Shown one piece after another: positions 60,291 through 64,000 of a DNA stretch of 64,000 bases (its first letter is position 1; every line of letters starts with the position of its first letter). Both the position numbers and the translations under genes were made by a program. The DNA lies in the NCBI GenBank assembly GCA_964276515.1, contig OZ193910.1, positions 7,254,001 to 7,318,000 on the forward strand, read 5' to 3'. The notes below the pieces were generated by a model. That model made no database searches, was not told where the DNA came from, and saw only the letters and a program-made list of their open reading frames with translations. The DNA is from Gordius albopunctatus (taxonomy: Eukaryota).

Positions 60291-63200
60291 AAAATGATTG
60301 TTCTCGCAGCCTAAAACTTCTAATAAGGAGTCGATCGAGAATAATAGGATTCTCAAATGAGCTTACTTTTATATATTTTTTCAAGCTCTTTTACATAAAA
60401 TAACAAAAAATATATTTTTTCAGGTTAAAATAATTCACAATTTTTTCCTTTCAACCATATTCAACCGATGAAAGTTGTTATTTTCAGACGTGATTTCCAT
60501 GATAAAAAGTCAAAATTTATCAGAATTAGAAAACTATTACTTTGAAATCATCATCGCATAGAGCATGTTTAAATAATTAAGCACTCACGTTGCGATACAA
60601 CTAATCGCAACAATATAACGTTGTCTTTTATCAAAATGATTGTTCTCGCAGCCTAAAACTTCTAATAAGGAGTCGATCGAGAATAATAGGATTCTCAAAT
60701 GAGCTTACTTTTATATATTTTTTCAAGCTCTTTTACATAAAATAACAAAAAATATATTTTTTCAGGTTAAAATAATTCACAATTTTTTCCTTTCAACCAT
60801 ATTCAACCGATGAAAGTTGTTATTTTCAGACGTGATTTCCATGATAAAAAGTCAAAATTTAGCAGAATTAGAAAACTATTACTTTGAAATCATCATCGCA
60901 TAGAGCATGTTTAAATAATTAAGCACTCACGTTGCGATACAACTAATCGCAACAATATAACGTTGTCTTTTCTCAAAATGATTGTTCTCGCAGCTTAAAA
61001 CTTCTAATAAGGAGTCGATCGAGAATAATAGGATTCTCAAATGAGCTTACTTTTATATATTTTTCAAGCTCTTTTACATAAAATAACAAAAAATATATTT
61101 TTTCAGGTTAAAATAATTCACAATTTTTTCCTTTCAACCATATTCAACCGATGAAAGTTGTTATTTTCAGACGTGATTTCCATGATAAAAAGTCAAAATT
61201 TAGCAGAATTAGAAAACTATTACTTTGAAATCATCATCGCATAGAGCATGTTTAAATAATTAAGCACTCACGTTGCGATACAACTAATCGCAACAATATA
61301 ACGTTGTCTTTTCTCAAAATGATTGTTCTCGCAGCCTAAAACTTCTAATAAGGAGTCGATCGAGAATAATAGGATTCTCAAATGAGCTTACTTTTATATA
61401 TTTTTTCAAGCTCTTTTACATAAAATAACAAAAAATATATTTTTTCAGGTTAAAATAATTCACAATTTTTCCCTTTCAACCATATTCAACCGATGAAAGT
61501 TGTTATTTTCAGACGTGATTTCCATGATAAAAAGTCAAAATTTAGCAGAATTAGAAAACTATTACTTTGAAATCATCATCGCATAGAGCATGTTTAAATA
61601 ATTAAGCACTCACGTTGCGATACAACTAATCGCAACAATATAACGTTGTCTTTTCTCAAAATGATTGTTCTCGCAGCCTAAAACTTCTAATAAGGAGTCG
61701 ATCGAGAATAATAGGATTCTCAAATGAGCTTACTTTTATATATTTTTTCAAGCTCTTTTACATAAAATAACAAAAAATATATTTTTTCAGGTTAAAATAA
61801 TTCACAATTTTTTCCTTTCAACCATATTCAACCGATGAAAGTTGTTATTTTCAGACGTGATTTCCATGATAAAAAGTCAAAATTTATCAGAATTAGAAAA
61901 CTATTACTTTGAAATCATCATCGCATAGAGCATGTTTAAATAATTAAGCACTCACGTTGCGATACAACTAATCGCAACAATATAACGTTGTCTTTTCTCA
62001 AAATGATTGTTCTCGCAGCCTAAAACTTCTAATAAGGAGTCGATCGAGAATAATAGGATTCTCAAATGAGCTTACTTTTATATATTTTTTCAAGCTCTTT
62101 TACATAAAATAACAAAAAATATATTTTTTCAGGTTAAAATAATTCACAATTTTTTCCTTTCAACCATATTCAACCGATGAAAGTTGTTATTTTCAGACGT
62201 GATTTCCATGATAAAAAGTCAAAATTTAGCAGAATTAGAAAACTATTACTTTGAAATCATCATCGCATAGAGCATGTTTAAATAATTAAGCACTCACGTT
62301 GCGATACAACTAATCGCAACAATATAACGTTGTCTTTTCTCAAAATGATTGTTCTCGCAGCTTAAAACTTCTAATAAGGAGTCGATCGAGAATAATAGGA
62401 TTCTCAAATGAGCTTACTTTTATATATTTTTCAAGCTCTTTTACATAAAATAACAAAAAATATATTTTTTCAGGTTAAAATAATTCACAATTTTTTCCTT
62501 TCAACCATATTCAACCGATGAAAGTTGTTATTTTCAGACGTGATTTCCATGATAAAAAGTCAAAATTTAGCAGAATTAGAAAACTATTACTTTGAAATCA
62601 TCATCGCATAGAGCATGTTTAAATAATTAAGCACTCACGTTGCGATACAACTAATCGCAACAATATAACGTTGTCTTTTCTCAAAATGATTGTTCTCGCA
62701 GCCTAAAACTTCTAATAAGGAGTCGATCGAGAATAATAGGATTCTCAAATGAGCTTACTTTAATATATTTTTTCAAGCTCTTTTACATAAAATAACAAAA
62801 AATATATTTTTTCAGGTTAAAATAATTCACAATTTTTCCTTTTCAACCATATTCAACCGATGAAAGTTGTTATTTTCAGACGTGATTTCCATGATAAAAA
62901 GTCAAAATTTAGCAGAATTAGAAAACTATTACTTTGAAATCATCATCGCATAGAGCATGTTTAAATAATTAAGCACTCACGTTGCGATACAACTAATCGC
63001 AACAATATAACGTTGTCTTTTCTCAAAATGATTGTTCTCGCAGCCTAAAACTTCTAATAAGGAGTCGATCGAGAATAATAGGATTCTCAAATGAGCTTAC
63101 TTTTATATATTTTTTCAAGCTCTTTTACATAAAATAACAAAAAATATATTTTTTCAGGTTAAAATAATTCACAATTTTTTCCTTTCAACCATATTCAACC

Positions 63201-64000
63201 GATGAAAGTTGTTATTTTCAGACGTGATTTCCATGATAAAAAGTCAAAATTTAGCAGAATTAGAAAACTATTACTTTGAAATCATCATCGCATAGAGCAT
63301 GTTTAAATAATTAAGCACTCACGTTGCGATACAACTAATCGCAACAATATAACGTTGTCTTTTCTCAAAATGATTGTTCTCGCAGCTTAAAACTTCTAAT
63401 AAGGAGTCGATCGAGAATAATAGGATTCTCAAATGAGCTTACTTTTATATATTTTTTCAAGCTCTTTTACATAAAATAACAAAAAATATGTTTTTTCAGG
63501 TTAAAATAATTCACAATTTTTTCCTTTCAACCATATTCAACCGATCAAAGTTGTTATTTTCAGACGTGATTTCCATGATAAAAAGTCAAAATTTATCAGA
63601 ATTAGAAAACTATTACTTTGAAATCATCATCGCATAGAGCATGTTTAAATAATTAAGCACTCACGTTGCGATACAACTAATCGCAACAATATAACGTTGT
63701 CTTTTCTCAAAATGATTGTTCTCGCAGCCTAAAACTTCTAATAAGGAGTCGATCGAGAATAATAGGATTCTCAAATGAGCTTACTTTTATATATTTTTTC
63801 AAGCTCTTTTACATAAAATAACAAAAAATATATTTTTTCAGGTTAAAATAATTCACAATTTTTTCCTTTCAACCATATTCAACCGATGAAAGTTGTTATT
63901 TTCAGACGTGATTTCCATGATAAAAAGTCAAAATTTATCAGAATTAGAAAACTATTACTTTGAAATCATCATCGCATAGAGCATGTTTAAATAATTAAGC

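Larger units (their letters stand above)
1..64000. repeat. AT-rich tandem satellite DNA array, ~340-346 bp monomer, ~186 head-to-tail copies, running off both window ends
   Basis: The same unit (...gcttacttt..caagctcttttacataaaataac..ccatattcaaccgatgaaagttg..catcatcgcatagagcatg..gttgcgatac..gattgttctcgcagc..) recurs continuously. Equivalent positions are 1, 345, 690 and 1379 at the start, and 14041 to 14383 (342 bp) in the interior. No unrelated sequence or orientation switch was seen. Confidence 0.99.
10110..64000. repeat. Satellite subfamily B domain (~157 monomers, mostly 341-342 bp with some 345-346 bp)
   Basis: Linked diagnostics in essentially every unit: ttagAAaacta, actttGaaatc, gtttAAATaattaagcactCacgttg, cttctAataagg...gagaAtaatagg...aaatGagc. 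The spacer is caactaatcgc or caacaaat(t/c)aatcgc. Confidence 0.92.

Noticed and set aside
1..64000. CRISPR-like array or diversity-generating cassette system (conserved repeat with a variable block and a hairpin)
   Set aside because: There are no unique spacers. The variable block has only two homologous allele classes, the repeat unit is ~340 bp, and no cas, reverse transcriptase or recombinase genes are present.

Overview
The whole 64 kb window is one uninterrupted, head-to-tail, single-orientation array of an AT-rich satellite DNA. Monomers are about 340-346 bp, with roughly 186 copies. I see no genes, RNA genes, transposon insertions, inversions or CRISPR spacers, and both listed ORFs arise from stop-codon loss inside single monomers. 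The array has internal structure: (1) two sequence subfamilies, A (1 to ~10,040) and B (~10,110 to the end), with a sharp junction inside one monomer and one stray B-type tract within A; (2) a dimorphic ~45-bp block shared by both subfamilies; (3) nested block duplications or nascent higher-order repeats of 2, 3, 4, 6, 7/8 and 10 monomers, plus a 13.7-kb-offset duplication; (4) one ~45-bp divergent patch at 35,051-35,095 that sits at a duplication junction; (5) conserved dyad symmetries in the monomer and weak signs that it is an ancient dimer of ~170-bp halves. This looks like eukaryotic (peri)centromeric heterochromatin, but species and satellite family cannot be established from the sequence alone. 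I found no evidence of a novel protein-coding system. All offsets were read by eye and block boundaries are approximate.
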